64,000 nucleotides of DNA from Convolutriloba macropyga (Eukaryota). Below the pieces are notes generated by a model that worked only from the letters and a program-made list of their open reading frames with translations, did not search any database and was not told where the DNA came from. Within the stretch, counting starts at the first letter, position 1. Each line of letters starts with the position of its first letter. The stretch covers positions 38,006,001 through 38,070,000 of the forward strand of contig NC_134468.1 of assembly GCF_964194025.1 (NCBI RefSeq). The letters are read 5' to 3'. This document shows, one piece after another, positions 23,516-35,560 of this stretch. The position numbers were made by a program, and so were the translations under genes.

Positions 23516-26500
23516 TTAGCTGTTCGCTGAGGTATTTAATTTTCCCGACACAGAATCTAAAATCTCCTGCGAGAACTTGAATCGCCCGGACAAATCTTCC
23601 AGCATTGTTTCAATTTCAACACTCGAGCTCCTTTTCTGCAGTTCCTTCATAATCATAGCCAGAACCTTTTGATGCGTTTCTTCTGTGGCATTGACTTTGC
23701 TAGGATCAATTCTAGTGCAAACAACAAGGTCAAAAACGGCACCATTCAGGCCTACCTTATCAACATGGGTAGCAACCTGCCTACGCATATATGGCATATC
23801 CTGAGAGTAAGCCGAACAATAGCCAACCAGAGCCCGAGGAAAATAAAGTGAACGTCGAAAAGAAAACCCACTAGCTGTCAGAAGTTTTCGGTAGACATCG
23901 CGGGAATCGGAGGCTGAAGCAACACGGACTAAGGACTCAAACTGCAACGGGCTCCAGTTCTGATTTATCACCAGATCTCGTACTATCCTTCCAGATGACA
24001 ATTTGTTGGCGTTTTTGGCCAGTAACTGCAGCATCGTCTTTTTTGTTATTACCTCAGGGTTCAATAAGTTCGATAAGCGCAACAGTGCTTCCAATGTAAG
24101 AGCTGAACATTCGAAATCTCCGTTGGTTTTCGCAATGAAGTTTACAGCGCCCTCCAAATCACCTTTGTTGACATAGTTCTGAACAGCGGTATCAGCATGC
24201 ATTGCGTATCTTTGCTGATAATCATCGGGAACTTTTACACCAATCAAACGGGCGAGTCTTTCCAATTGCGGAAAAGCGAAAGTTGGAATCTTTGGTTTGT
24301 CTTCAGAGACAACCTTTTCCACAACTTCCCTCACAAAGACACGGTCATCTGCACTTCCATTTGAGTAGAAATTTTTCAAGTGATAACACAAGGCAGTAGG
24401 GATACTCAATGGTGTAGAGGTGCTCTTTTCATCACCGTCCAGTGGGGGCATTACACGTCCATTGATTTTAAAGAGAGTTCGCAGTAATTCTACATCTTTA
24501 CTGTGGCGCAAAAGACGATTAAACCCTGTTCTTTTGAGTCTCGAGATTTTGTTTGCTGCAAGTTCGAGGGCTTGGTCATACTGGCCGTTATGAAGGTTGG
24601 CAAAAATAATGTCTCCTGAGATGATCTCTACTTTTTCCTGTGTTCCATCTGTTTTTAGAAGCTCTTTTAAGCAAGACTTTGATAACTCGCTTTCCGGTGC
24701 TTTCAAGCATGCAGCAATCATGAAAACTCGCATATTTGCAGCAGACGATTGTCCGGACAATCTTTCCCATGTCGCTTTGACATCTTCAAAGGTCTTTTTT
24801 CCTTCATAGAACTCTTTTACCTCAAACTCTAACAGAGCTGGTGCCGCATATGCCTGAAACCGGGAATCAAGAAGACGCTCCAGAGCACCCCTATACTTCT
24901 CTGGCGATAGAATCTCCCTCAGTCTCCCGAGAGTCAATCCGATGTTAGTTGCAGAAACAAAATTTTCCCAGGGTTCATTGAGAAACAGTTCCACGTCATC
25001 TTCAGTCTGCATTCTGAGCAAGAAACGCACATACGCATCCAAGTCATTCCCGTACCTAATTTGTTTCATGATTGAGAAGGCACGAGCGAACGAATCGGAA
25101 TCCAAAAGAGAATCAAGGAGCAGGCAGAGGGTGGAGTGCATTTTACAAACATCCTTAATTTGATCACCTTCCAGCAAGGCGTCCAGTTCCTCAAATCTCT
25201 TCAATTTGGCATTCAATATTATCCTCTTAGCTGCTTTCTCATTCTCGTCGGTGATTTCGCAGCTACCGTCACTGAGTTTAGATATCATATCTTCTATTTC
25301 ACCTTCATTTAGCTTGTCAATGTTCGTACTGAATTTCCCTGGTTTTAGCATCACTTCTGGTTTTTGCAACACATTCACAATATCGCCAAAAACCCGAGCG
25401 TAAATTTTATCATCAGTCAACGGAAGCTGCATTCCATCAGGCATTTCATCAACCATGATATTTTTATCATTCAAATATCGCGCAACGGCTGCATTTCGAA
25501 TTACTTTGGGCATAGTAGTTGCAGTTCCCGCTAGATACACGAACAGCCTGTTAATATAAAACATTTTTGAAGATTCAGACAAAGCCTCGAATGTTTTAAC
25601 CAAGAGAGTGGCAACATCAACGCTAGGATAGTAAATGCGGCTTATGAGTGGCACCAAAAGTTCAGCAAGATCAGTTGCCAAATTTTGATCAAGATGCGTT
25701 TTCTCTGCAACCTGCACTGCTTCATAGAAACGACTTTGGAAAATTAGGGCGCGAATAACTGCGCATTGTGATTTGGGATAGCTCGACACTTCATCAGATG
25801 CTAACAGATGCTCAAGCAGATGAACATTAGTCACCAAAATTTGTTCCAAATCATGAATTGAAAAAACAGCCACATCATCACTCTGATTGTTCAAACATTT
25901 ATGGAATGCTGTAAGGATATCTGCGGCTGGAGGATTCGCTTTTGAAGTTTTAACCATGAAAGGAAAATAGAATTGTGGACGAACTTCTCCAATATCAGGA
26001 TTTTCAAGATATTGCTCCATAACAGATGCCACATCACTTGCTTTGTGACCATAGTCAGAATCTAGCTGAAACCAAACACTCATCGGCTTTTTAATACTAG
26101 CAGCTTCTTTCGCTGTACTCATCAATGTTCCAACTGAATCCTGATTGTTGTTGATCATCGCGCCCATCAAAGCTGTGTCGGATGACTTGACGCCATAAAG
26201 TAAAGGACTGTCATCTGGAATTGACTTCTTCAGCTCAAAACTTTCTTCCACAAATCCATTCGCATACAGATGCGCGCTTGTTAAACCCAAGTTTGTATCG
26301 TACACAGGATTCGAGCTCAGGTCCCAATTAGCGAACATGTCCAGAAAATCTGAGGTGACCTTACGGCTACTTTTACTTTCGACTAGGTTCTGATATACAA
26401 GGCAACCAGCCTGCACCATTGCAACCTTTTCATCAAGGCTCGCTTCTGGATTGAGAGCTGTTGAAGCCAGACTCTCCTCAATGCCATGTAGATTATTGTT

Positions 26501-27262
26501 TTTACTGTGACCCAATGCTTTTGCCAAACTCGCCAAGACAGGATATCGGTCATCTTCAGTCAAAACACTTTCTGCGAGAGCAGCCAGCTCCATATTATTG
26601 TTCGTGATACTACCCATCAAAAGAGACAGCAGCCCAGCATTATTCACATTTAACGATTGATCTTTACAGAAATTGAATACCTCCACGGCAGATTGGAAAT
26701 TTCCTCTAGCTATCTCCAGCCTGATAATCGCGGAATATGTTGTCTCTGAGGGCTGAATTTCAGACTCCATAAAAGACTTCAGAAGACTTTTCGAGTCAAA
26801 ATCTTTGTTGTTTTCCGCATAACTGATCAACATTGCATTTCCTAAACCGAGCGAGAGCTTTGACTTGGCTAGATAAGTTTGCATGAAGCGAGACAAAACG
26901 TTGCTTTTATATACTTTATTTGTGTCGTACCAACGACCACCACATGACCTGATTGCCTTAGAAGCTAATCTAAGATCATCAGGATTCGCAAGAGACATTG
27001 CTATATCATTTTTCACTTCTGATTTAGACTTTCGATCCACGAAATTGATATTTCCAAAGGTATTTGAAATGATAGATCGAGAATCACGTTTTGAGAGTCT
27101 GTTGGGGTAACTATTCTCTTCAATTAGCCCCAAAAACGAGTCTTCAGGTTCACCGCGAGCTTCAGAAGCTGTCGAAGTTGACATATTTCTCCGCGTACAG
27201 GTAGCCAAATTACGACATAATCCAGCCTGCTGGCCCGGCAAGAGAGATCCAGCTCTTAACAT
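23516..27262 (-). CDS. LRPPRC: Leucine-rich PPR motif-containing protein, mitochondrial (LRPPRC/BSF-like), 1248 aa, single coding exon
   Basis: 3.75-kb open frame; first ATG at 27262 (the track's start is GTG). Arg/Ser-rich, acid-free N-terminus resembles a mitochondrial presequence. IRSCG, the PPR block NAMLISYAEN...EIQPSETTYSAIIRLEIARGNFQSAVEVFNFCKDQSLNV and VRPQFYFP match remembered LRPPRC motifs (LRSCG, NALLKVYLQN...NIQPNRVTYQRLI, IRPHYFWP). Confidence 0.85.
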   Translation of the reverse strand: MLRAGSLLPGQQAGLCRNLATCTRRNMSTSTASEARGEPEDSFLGLIEENSYPNRLSKRDSRSIISNTFGNINFVDRKSKSEVKNDIAMSLANPDDLRLASKAIRSCGGRWYDTNKVYKSNVLSRFMQTYLAKSKLSLGLGNAMLISYAENNKDFDSKSLLKSFMESEIQPSETTYSAIIRLEIARGNFQSAVEVFNFCKDQSLNVNNAGLLSLLMGSITNNNMELAALAESVLTEDDRYPVLASLAKALGHSKNNNLHGIEESLASTALNPEASLDEKVAMVQAGCLVYQNLVESKSSRKVTSDFLDMFANWDLSSNPVYDTNLGLTSAHLYANGFVEESFELKKSIPDDSPLLYGVKSSDTALMGAMINNNQDSVGTLMSTAKEAASIKKPMSVWFQLDSDYGHKASDVASVMEQYLENPDIGEVRPQFYFPFMVKTSKANPPAADILTAFHKCLNNQSDDVAVFSIHDLEQILVTNVHLLEHLLASDEVSSYPKSQCAVIRALIFQSRFYEAVQVAEKTHLDQNLATDLAELLVPLISRIYYPSVDVATLLVKTFEALSESSKMFYINRLFVYLAGTATTMPKVIRNAAVARYLNDKNIMVDEMPDGMQLPLTDDKIYARVFGDIVNVLQKPEVMLKPGKFSTNIDKLNEGEIEDMISKLSDGSCEITDENEKAAKRIILNAKLKRFEELDALLEGDQIKDVCKMHSTLCLLLDSLLDSDSFARAFSIMKQIRYGNDLDAYVRFLLRMQTEDDVELFLNEPWENFVSATNIGLTLGRLREILSPEKYRGALERLLDSRFQAYAAPALLEFEVKEFYEGKKTFEDVKATWERLSGQSSAANMRVFMIAACLKAPESELSKSCLKELLKTDGTQEKVEIISGDIIFANLHNGQYDQALELAANKISRLKRTGFNRLLRHSKDVELLRTLFKINGRVMPPLDGDEKSTSTPLSIPTALCYHLKNFYSNGSADDRVFVREVVEKVVSEDKPKIPTFAFPQLERLARLIGVKVPDDYQQRYAMHADTAVQNYVNKGDLEGAVNFIAKTNGDFECSALTLEALLRLSNLLNPEVITKKTMLQLLAKNANKLSSGRIVRDLVINQNWSPLQFESLVRVASASDSRDVYRKLLTASGFSFRRSLYFPRALVGYCSAYSQDMPYMRRQVATHVDKVGLNGAVFDLVVCTRIDPSKVNATEETHQKVLAMIMKELQKRSSSVEIETMLEDLSGRFKFSQEILDSVSGKLNTSANS

Positions 27263-27269
27263 TGCCACT

Positions 27270-27284
27270 CTGCAAAAAAGTCAG
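27270..27284 (-). promoter_or_regulatory. 3' splice acceptor (cis or trans) 7 nt upstream of the LRPPRC ATG
   Basis: CTGACTTTTTTGCAG|AGTGGCA ATG: branch-like CTGAC, U-tract, CAG. Confidence 0.6.
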
Positions 27285-29413
27285 CTTTCCATTGGCGTCA
27301 GGCTATTGAAAAGTTTAGATGACATGCTAGTTAAATCAGAGATTAGGTAGTAAACATTTAAAACAATTAAATTCAAATTCTCAATCATATAATCAGCACT
27401 AATTTAAACAAAATCATAGTCAAATTTCCAATTCAATTATTTTTTTCGGCCCCTTCGCGGGGTTCAAATGACACCGATGTAGAAAACAAATTAGAAAACA
27501 AAGTTTACAAGGAGCTCTGTTAATAATTTATATATTAACGAGTTTCAATTAAGTAGCAAAAAGTTGCCAGGACCCGAAGCAGAAGAACCAACAAATAGAC
27601 ATATTTTACCCTGTAATTTCAAATGTTTTTTATAATCACACCGAAGCGAGATAATTTATGAAATCGCCAACGCAGAGATCACAGGGAATCAATTTCTTGA
27701 CATGAAAAAGCAATAAAACGCATTCAGATGATGAAAAATCATCCGGCGACAGTCATATAGTCTAAGCAAATCAGAAAAGGAGACGAACTCATGTTTGAAG
27801 ATTACCTGTAGGTTTTTTCTTCCGCCTAAATTATCCCAAATCAGTTGCAAGTTTTCATTTCCAACTAGCGACTTAAATATTGTTTCAAAATCAATTCAAT
27901 TTATTTGGCAAGTATTCACCCCTTTTGACAGCTTCCATTAATCAGAAAATCAAGCACAACATGCGATATGATATGTGGTTTACTTTCCGTCTATTTCGCA
28001 TTGCGACAAACAGCACCCACACTTCAATACTGCACACGTAGCACAAAATCAGACGAACCAATTCATCAAATTTATATACGCAGTTCTTTGTGTGAAGAGT
28101 TGGGATGTGAAACCCAGTTTCAAGACAATGACAGCGAAATACTCGCAGAACCTATCTATGCATGTATTTAAGAAACTCAGCTCTCCCCACGAGTAACACA
28201 TTTACTCACCAGCAGAAATCAGTCGCGGGTAAGAAGAGAAACATTCAGCCTCCTCAAAGATTAAGCTATCCAGCAAGTCTACGATAAATGCCCTGCTACT
28301 AATTCCGCCCGCGTAAAATTAGTCTTGGCAAGCAATTAAACAATTCTGTCAAGCGCTGCCCCATAGATGCTGTCTTTTTCAAAAAAAAGCTGTGCAGAAT
28401 AACAAAAAAAACAGTCTTTTCAGAATAGCTTGGCAACTTTCATCGACTACTACCACATCAACTGCTTCACTTATTTTTTAATTTTAAATCAGCTTTGTTT
28501 TCCTTTCTGCTACCTGAGTAGCAATACCAACAAAAGATCTTACAAAACGGAAAGGCGCCAAGCAATTGTAGTACCGAGTTCTGCGCAAAACTGGTAATGC
28601 GCGTTCTCTTTACCTTCACTTTCAACAAAATCGACACCTCTTCAACTACTTGAAAGTGGCCACAACAGCTCTAAATGTACATTTCTCTTTTCTTTATCAG
28701 AAAAACATTCCTACCCACCAAAATTGACCCACTATTTTACCACTTTTCCAAATCAATGTCTTTTCAGTATTCAGTGAGAGATTTCCTCAAAAATTAAGGA
28801 TGGTTTTGTTCATTTTGTCCTGTTAATTGGACGAAATCATCCTAGTGGGTAATTTCAAATTCAAATTAAAACAATGAAGGTTAGCTTAAAGTCTTTACGG
28901 TTTTAGTCCCTGACTAGAACAGTAAAAAAAACAAAAGAACGCCATTATTAAATTTAAAAATTATTGATACTTAGTCTCTGATTGAATTAGTTAACAAAAA
29001 TTTGGTTAACATATAACCGGTAAGGTCAAGGACGACAAAAATGTTCAAAAACTGACCGCTTGAACGAAAAACATCAATACAAACAAAGTTGAAAAATAAT
29101 GATGAAGAATATATAATTTTGCAAATCAATCAAATGACGAAGTAAAACAAAGATACTTACAAAGACATGAAAGCACTTGATACGAACGATTTTTTTGTTA
29201 ATTAAATTGCGTTTTAAAGCAACAGAAGCTAGAGGTTATTATACTTTATCAATGCAACTAATCAAACGCTAATTAACAGTGAACAAAAGCATCTTCGATT
29301 AATGAACAAGATCTATTCAAAGCTAATAAACAAAAAGACGACCCCATTGTTAAGAAACGGCAAAAAGTCTAAGTAGGGCTAATTACACTTACGGTCACGA
29401 AAACCGGGTAGCC

Positions 29414-29899
29414 TCAATAGCGACGAATCCTGGGTTTTGGTTCCTTGGGTTTATTCAAGGCATCCACGACAAGCATAGAGTGAGCCTCGTTATCCTTGCG
29501 CGTTTCGAACCCAGTATAAATTGCGCCATCTTTGCACCTCCGGTTACTGCCAGCATAATAACCCCAAATCCCATGGTCTGCATCGTGCTCAAAAACATGC
29601 ACTCCCATGGTCTTAGCCAGAGCAAACATGTCGATAGTTAGAATATTGCGTTGTTTGAGGCCCTGATTAAGATCTATACACGGAAAGTAGTACCTGTTGT
29701 ACCACTTCTTGAGGTAACCCTCCCGAGCTAACTCCAACGCCACGAGTGCTTCGAAATTATTGATTGACCCTGTAAGTCGTGTACTAATGCAGGCAAAGAA
29801 ACAATTATAACGGTTAGTCGCGCAAAATTTCACGTCAATCAGTTCCTTTGGTAGATCTATTGAAGGAGCATCTCTAATACCCAACCTTATGACCGACAA
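29414..29899 (-). CDS. OTU-like cysteine protease domain (probably transposon-borne; 5' end missing or spliced)
   Basis: 161-codon open frame with YNCFFACISTRLTGS (like DGNCLFRALS..LTG), IDMFALAKTMGVHVF (like EIxALAxxLxxxI), W..Y, AIY and EAHSMLVV (His box). No upstream in-frame ATG; a CAG acceptor is possible at 29901-29903. Confidence 0.6.
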   Translation of the reverse strand: MSVIRLGIRDAPSIDLPKELIDVKFCATNRYNCFFACISTRLTGSINNFEALVALELAREGYLKKWYNRYYFPCIDLNQGLKQRNILTIDMFALAKTMGVHVFEHDADHGIWGYYAGSNRRCKDGAIYTGFETRKDNEAHSMLVVDALNKPKEPKPRIRRY

Positions 29900-32800
29900 A
29901 CTGTTATCCGCTTCTCACTTATTTGAGCCATTCGCTTAACCTCGATAGTAACAACACGTTGATAGGCGCATACAGTACAAACGAAGTGAGAGCGGCATAT
30001 ATCCCGCAACTCGTAAATGTCGTAACGTTCAGCGGCAAAACTTTCTTATGCTTTTCCCGCGCCTTGATGGTCAAGAATTACATCGTGAATGTGTTTCAAA
30101 ATTTTCCATTGCCGCTGAGGGGGAAACAACAGATCTTCTGTTCTTTTGAAGAACGCCATCAAAAAAATGTTAGCGTTTCGACCTACGAACGAAAGCGTTC
30201 CGGGATAAATTGTCGATACACGTATTAGGAATGGTCTTATTAAGATAGTAGGCTGAAATTTGATTATATTCGGTTTGATCCATGGATAAACGAAGCGAAA
30301 CCGAATGAATTATGAAAAGAAAACACCGTTTAAATAAAAAGAGAAGATTATAGTTTGGTATATAAAAAAGTGAATCAAAACTGAGCTGTATTAAAAGTAT
30401 GGTATTAAGAATAGTAGCAAAGAAGAATGAATGAGAGCTAGTCTAGAGTTTGTTAAAAATGACTACGAACTTAGAAAATTTTTCAAAAAATATTGAATTA
30501 ATCGAATTCGCTCAGCACCCCTTCTGAGGAAAAAGTTCTCTCGACATCAAAATTTGGGAGCGGACAGAAATAGTGATTTCAATAGGACTTTATTAGGGAG
30601 TATTTTTCAATATGAAAAATTGAACCCGAGCTATAAGTGCCCAAAATGAGTTAGGTCAAGGTGAGAGGAAGTCATACTTAGCGCCGTTGTCATCTCCTAG
30701 AAATCGCAGGAATTGCAACCCCAAATACCTTAATTACAAATCAAACAAAAAACAGGCTTAAATCGTCTTTCCCGGGTCACTCTCCAAGGAAAACCGGGAA
30801 AACGCTTAACTCATAAAACTTCTAAACTATTCATTGAAAGTTGACAAAAATCAGGATGAGAGCCCGAGGCAGCATGTCCTTCTGATAGAAGTAGATTTTA
30901 AATCCCAGGATGCTGTCAATCAAAGGTTTTTTCCATGGAAAATCTAAGAACACGGAGGTTATTAAGTTTTAAAGGTTATATCGGCATATTGTATTTTCCA
31001 AATACCACATACAGTTCAGACTGGATAACAAATTTAAATAAGGATGTATTTCAGACACTGTCTACTACTTGTATTGCACTATAGCGAAATTTGGGAAACA
31101 ACATAAGGAAACACCATGACTCCTGAAAAACGAAAACTTGTCGGAAATTGTATGAACAAAAGCATATAGAACATTATATCCCAAAAGATGAAAATTATAG
31201 GCTAAGTCAACGCCCACTCCCTATGTCGACATAAATTTCGGATTACCCAGATCTCATAAATGAACTCTTCCATGGATACTTCCAAGTATTCAAAAGATAA
31301 CGAACAATGGGAAGTGAGACTCTAAGTTACCCACTCCATTCTGAAACCAACAGGCGAGATTTCAGGAGGGCATTCATGTCGAAATTAGGGTCATGGCGGA
31401 AATTGAAACTACTGTTAGAAACTTTTTACAGGTTGACATTTTAAGAATATTTAGGGATAGACAAAGGCCACTATAGATGTTTTGTTTTGATAGAAGTAAC
31501 TAATTGGTGTTTGGCCCAATGAGAAATATGTCGCCATTTAACCCAACTAGAAAATCTTTGTTAGCAGATCAATATTATTATCATTTTTGAAACGGAATGT
31601 TTGGTACATTGGAACTGAATATCTCGAAACATTCAGGGGACGTTAGGGAAAGTTCGGAAACGCACGGGTTAAATTGCGACATTCGCAAATACTTCTTTGG
31701 CTTAAAAACATGTTTTCTTGCAAATGGTGATCGCAGCATGACAACCTTGATTATTTGAGTGCTCTATAATATCAGATTACTTTTGCTGAATTTGGTATGT
31801 GGCAGGGGAGTATTTTTGGACTTTGGCTTCTAATTGGTTCAAAAATTAAGTGATTCGTTTCTTCAGTACAATAGTGAGGAGCTCATAGAATGCAAAGTAT
31901 TTGACGTTTTGTATTTAGTAGGCGGATTGGTATTTGTGTTAACGAATTTTTATAACTCGTGATATAGGGAGGAGTAGAGTAGCGTGACTCGTTTCCTTGA
32001 CCAATGAGCATTGATTTCATCTTCGGAAGAGCGTTCCCAAAAGAGCGAAAGTAAAGAAATTAATGCAGCTAGCTATCACACCATCCCCCAAAGAGATCGA
32101 GTAGAACAAAGAGGCGTAATGACATTAGTTTGTTCACACAGGTAACGATTTCTAATGCCAAGTGGCAGAAGGCGTTGCATCTAAGTTATTGAGAGTAGAA
32201 AACGAAAACCCCGAGGCACAGAGAAAAAGAGTATACAGAGCAGTTGGTTCTAGATTAAGGAGAAAAAAATTATAAGTTGAGCTCGATTAATTTTTGTCAA
32301 GACCAGTTGGACTGTGAGACAATTTGTAATCAAAATTGGACTTTTAGATTTTTATAAGACGGAAACACAGAATTAGAGATAACTTAAAAAATAGAACTGA
32401 AAATAGTTAGGAATACTTTTCAGAAACTGACAAAACTTCTCAGAAGCTGGGAATTGAGTTGATGAAAGTTTCTAGAAGTGTGCATCCATTATTTGTTGTA
32501 TATAACTTTTGAATTTATATATCTACATTTTCGGTTGATTATTTAATGGTATTGGAGAATAATTCTTGCTGTTGTAATTGTTACTTTGGCTTGTTACTTA
32601 TTTTTGATTGTTAATTCATTTAATCAACTGAACTTTTGAACGGCCGCAGAGAGCAACTGAGGACAAAAGAGATCAGTTTTAGCAAATAGACTACCCACCG
32701 AATAAACCTTCGGAAATCGAGAGAGTTTTGGGCGCTAGTCATTCCTCAGCTAGAAACCTTCTAACGACATAAATTCAAAATTCTACAATTGATAATTTGT

Positions 32801-34619
32801 CTGATTGTTTTATCTTGGTCAACAGACATTTGGTTGAACATATAACCGGCAAGGTCTCAACAAAGGTTTAAAAATATGGAAAGAGCTAGTATTACACAAA
32901 ATATAATTAAATCCCTAAAACTAATAACCTCGAGGTCAATTTTGCTGCTGAACACTTTCAATTGACCCGAGCTCAAGCTCACAATATATCAGCGGAAAGT
33001 CATCAAAAGAGGCATCACCATTACATGTAGTTGCAAACGCAGACATGAAAAACTAGCATGCAAAAGACCCTTGTATTGTGACCATTGCCACGTCAAGACC
33101 CATTTAATGTTGATGATTACCTTTAATCCACGACGCTTTTCTGAAAATGAGCAAAATTAGAGCGCGAAATCAGTAGAGCTGCCAAAATCAATAAACCAAG
33201 GAAATAAAAAAATTTGCAATGCATCCAAACGCACTGATTGACAAACAACAGGTTTTCCCAAACTTTTGAACAAACTTAATTGAAAGATTTATAATGAAAC
33301 TGGTTTTGTATCAATATGCTTGGATGATTTATGCTTGGAGATTCAAACTGTACACTATGAAAAGAGTAAACACGTAAAATGCAACGGTTCAGATTACAAT
33401 GTCTTGATTGGCTTAAAGTTTGCACCTCTAGGCATGAGTGTCACAGGTTGAAAAATGATCATAAAAGAAAGTATTTTATTGAAGGATACCATTTGCACGC
33501 AAACCACAACTTAAATTTCAAATTTCTCACCCCTTTGTCTCTCTTTTATCATCAACCAGAAGAACAGGACAGACTTATGGTGTGAGCTTGACACAGTAGA
33601 GTAGACCAGAGAGGACAGCACACCAGAAAACAAGAAGCGGCATCGTTCTTGCGTTCGTTTGTGGAGCAAGAAGGTAGACGAAGTAGCAACAAAGGGTTGA
33701 GTAAAATCGCCACAGGGCAGAGGAGTATAAAATCTCAGCAGAAGAGAAAGTATGAGTGCGCTGCACACACAACGGGTAAGGGTGCAGAATGAACGATAAA
33801 GTAGAGCAGGAGGTGAGATCAAGTTGGGTGATCGCCAGAGCGCAATGCAGGGACTTCGCCACATGTGTTAGCCCGGTGGAATGAATGACGGTGGAATGTG
33901 GAAGACGGTTGAATGTCATCAAGATGAGCACACATCAGAAGAAAGGTCCTCGTTATACCGTTTTCTCCACGGTACGTTCAAGACCCCCAGCATTGCGATA
34001 CAACAATTAGCAATTCTACTACCAACAAAAAGGGCGACGACAATAGTTGTTATAAATTGCGCAGACCGACTAAGAGAGTACTTAAGAATCTGACAAGAGC
34101 CTAGAGTTTCATAGAGCGCGAACGAGTGACACAATAGTGCGAGGAGCACGAGTAAAGGATAGTATCATACTCTCCAGTAGAACTGATTCTCGACAGCCTT
34201 CAAAGATTAAACAACTCTACAAACTACTGAGAAAAAAAACATGAAAATATGAACTACTTATTTTTGGAGAATGAAACTTTAAAAAGTTGAGTTTTTAACC
34301 TCGAAATTAATCCTGCCGAGAAACTTGAGAATATTGGCCACAAAAAGCGCTATCTCTACTGAAACATAACGAAAATAAGTACTGTGAAAAGAACACATCT
34401 TTGCACAGAAAAGAACACATATTTGGAGTTGCTCGATGAACCCTGTCGTTAGTGTTCTAATTGAAGGTCTTCAGATACAACTCGTCATCCGTTGTAGCTT
34501 CTACGTAAGAATAGCCGGTAAACCAAATTATAGTCAGTTTCAAAATTCCATTCATTTATTTAAAACAATCATTTATTTCATCTGCTCAACCAACACATCC
34601 TTATCAACTGAACCTCTGA

Positions 34620-35560
34620 GAGAAAATTTGCTGTAACATGTCGTAGCAGGTTGAAGCAACTGAAATATTTGCATGGAAGAATTTTATCATCAAAATTACA
34701 GCCAAGAAGTTTTATATTATTCGACAAACTGGAATCGACAAGAAGTTAGAGATCAGCACAAAAATTAATACTTCCATAACTGTTTTTTTAGTACTCGGTT
34801 GTAATTTGTCGCCAATAAATCTCGGTAACGTGCTCATTAACAGGCCTCTCAAGTTACCGCTTCTTTTTAGACAAACCAGACCCAAGTATCTGCATGGAAA
34901 TGATAGTAGACTTACAGCAATAATAGTTGAACAGCAAGGCCCTAAAACTAAACAATGTGGTACCCCGGTTTTCATTTGCTGCTCTGAAAAACTGAGTCAC
35001 AGAGTTTTAGGACTGTTATAGCCGAGTGAACGAGTAAAGTTGCCAAACAGGACGACTGGGCACAGTTTATTTCCATTTTCCGATAGCAAATGCGGTATAG
35101 AGGAGTTCCAAGGAAGTTTCTTAACAGCGGTAGTCATGACTGTCATTTCCAATCATTCCTGTGATAGAGCGAGGAATTTTCCTTCTAAGAGCCATTGGAG
35201 CACTACTTGATCTTTCTGTGGCACTGGTATCACTGATTAGTAAAAGTTGAATGATGTTTGGTTGACGCTACGGGGATTGCCAAAGCTAGTAGACCTTGCA
35301 ATGAAAAAAGACCTTGCATCGGTCTGGCTCAAATTAAGCGGTTTGATGCGATCTTCTGTCCATTGTACACAGAGTTGAGATGCCCAGAAGCGACTCTCGA
35401 GGTACCAACGGCATGGAAGTCTTTGGTCCAACAAGTGGAATCGAAATTAAGATGTTGATGTTGAAGTCATAAAGCGCAGATCTACAACTTTTTATATCTG
35501 CATAGAGCACAGATAAAGAAGCAAATTCTAGAACACAGACTGCCAAGAGTGAAGCGTGAT
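34620..35560 (-). pseudogene. Heavily decayed LINE (APE-RT) fragments
   Basis: TGVPHCLVLGP (like GVPQGSVLGP) near 34940-34970, RYLGL (like KYLGV) near 34885, and YDFN (like endonuclease GDFN) near 35465. Many stops and deletions. Confidence 0.5.

Noticed and set aside
23669-27110. Short + strand ORFs overlapping LRPPRC (and likewise those opposite LINS and gag-pol)
   Set aside because: Antisense or alternate-frame shadows of real coding sequence.
28200-28620. Minus-strand VDVVVVDESCQA (helicase Walker B-like) and a GTGAGT donor at 28209
   Set aside because: Stops in every frame, no Walker A or other helicase motif; at most an unidentifiable relic or a UTR exon.
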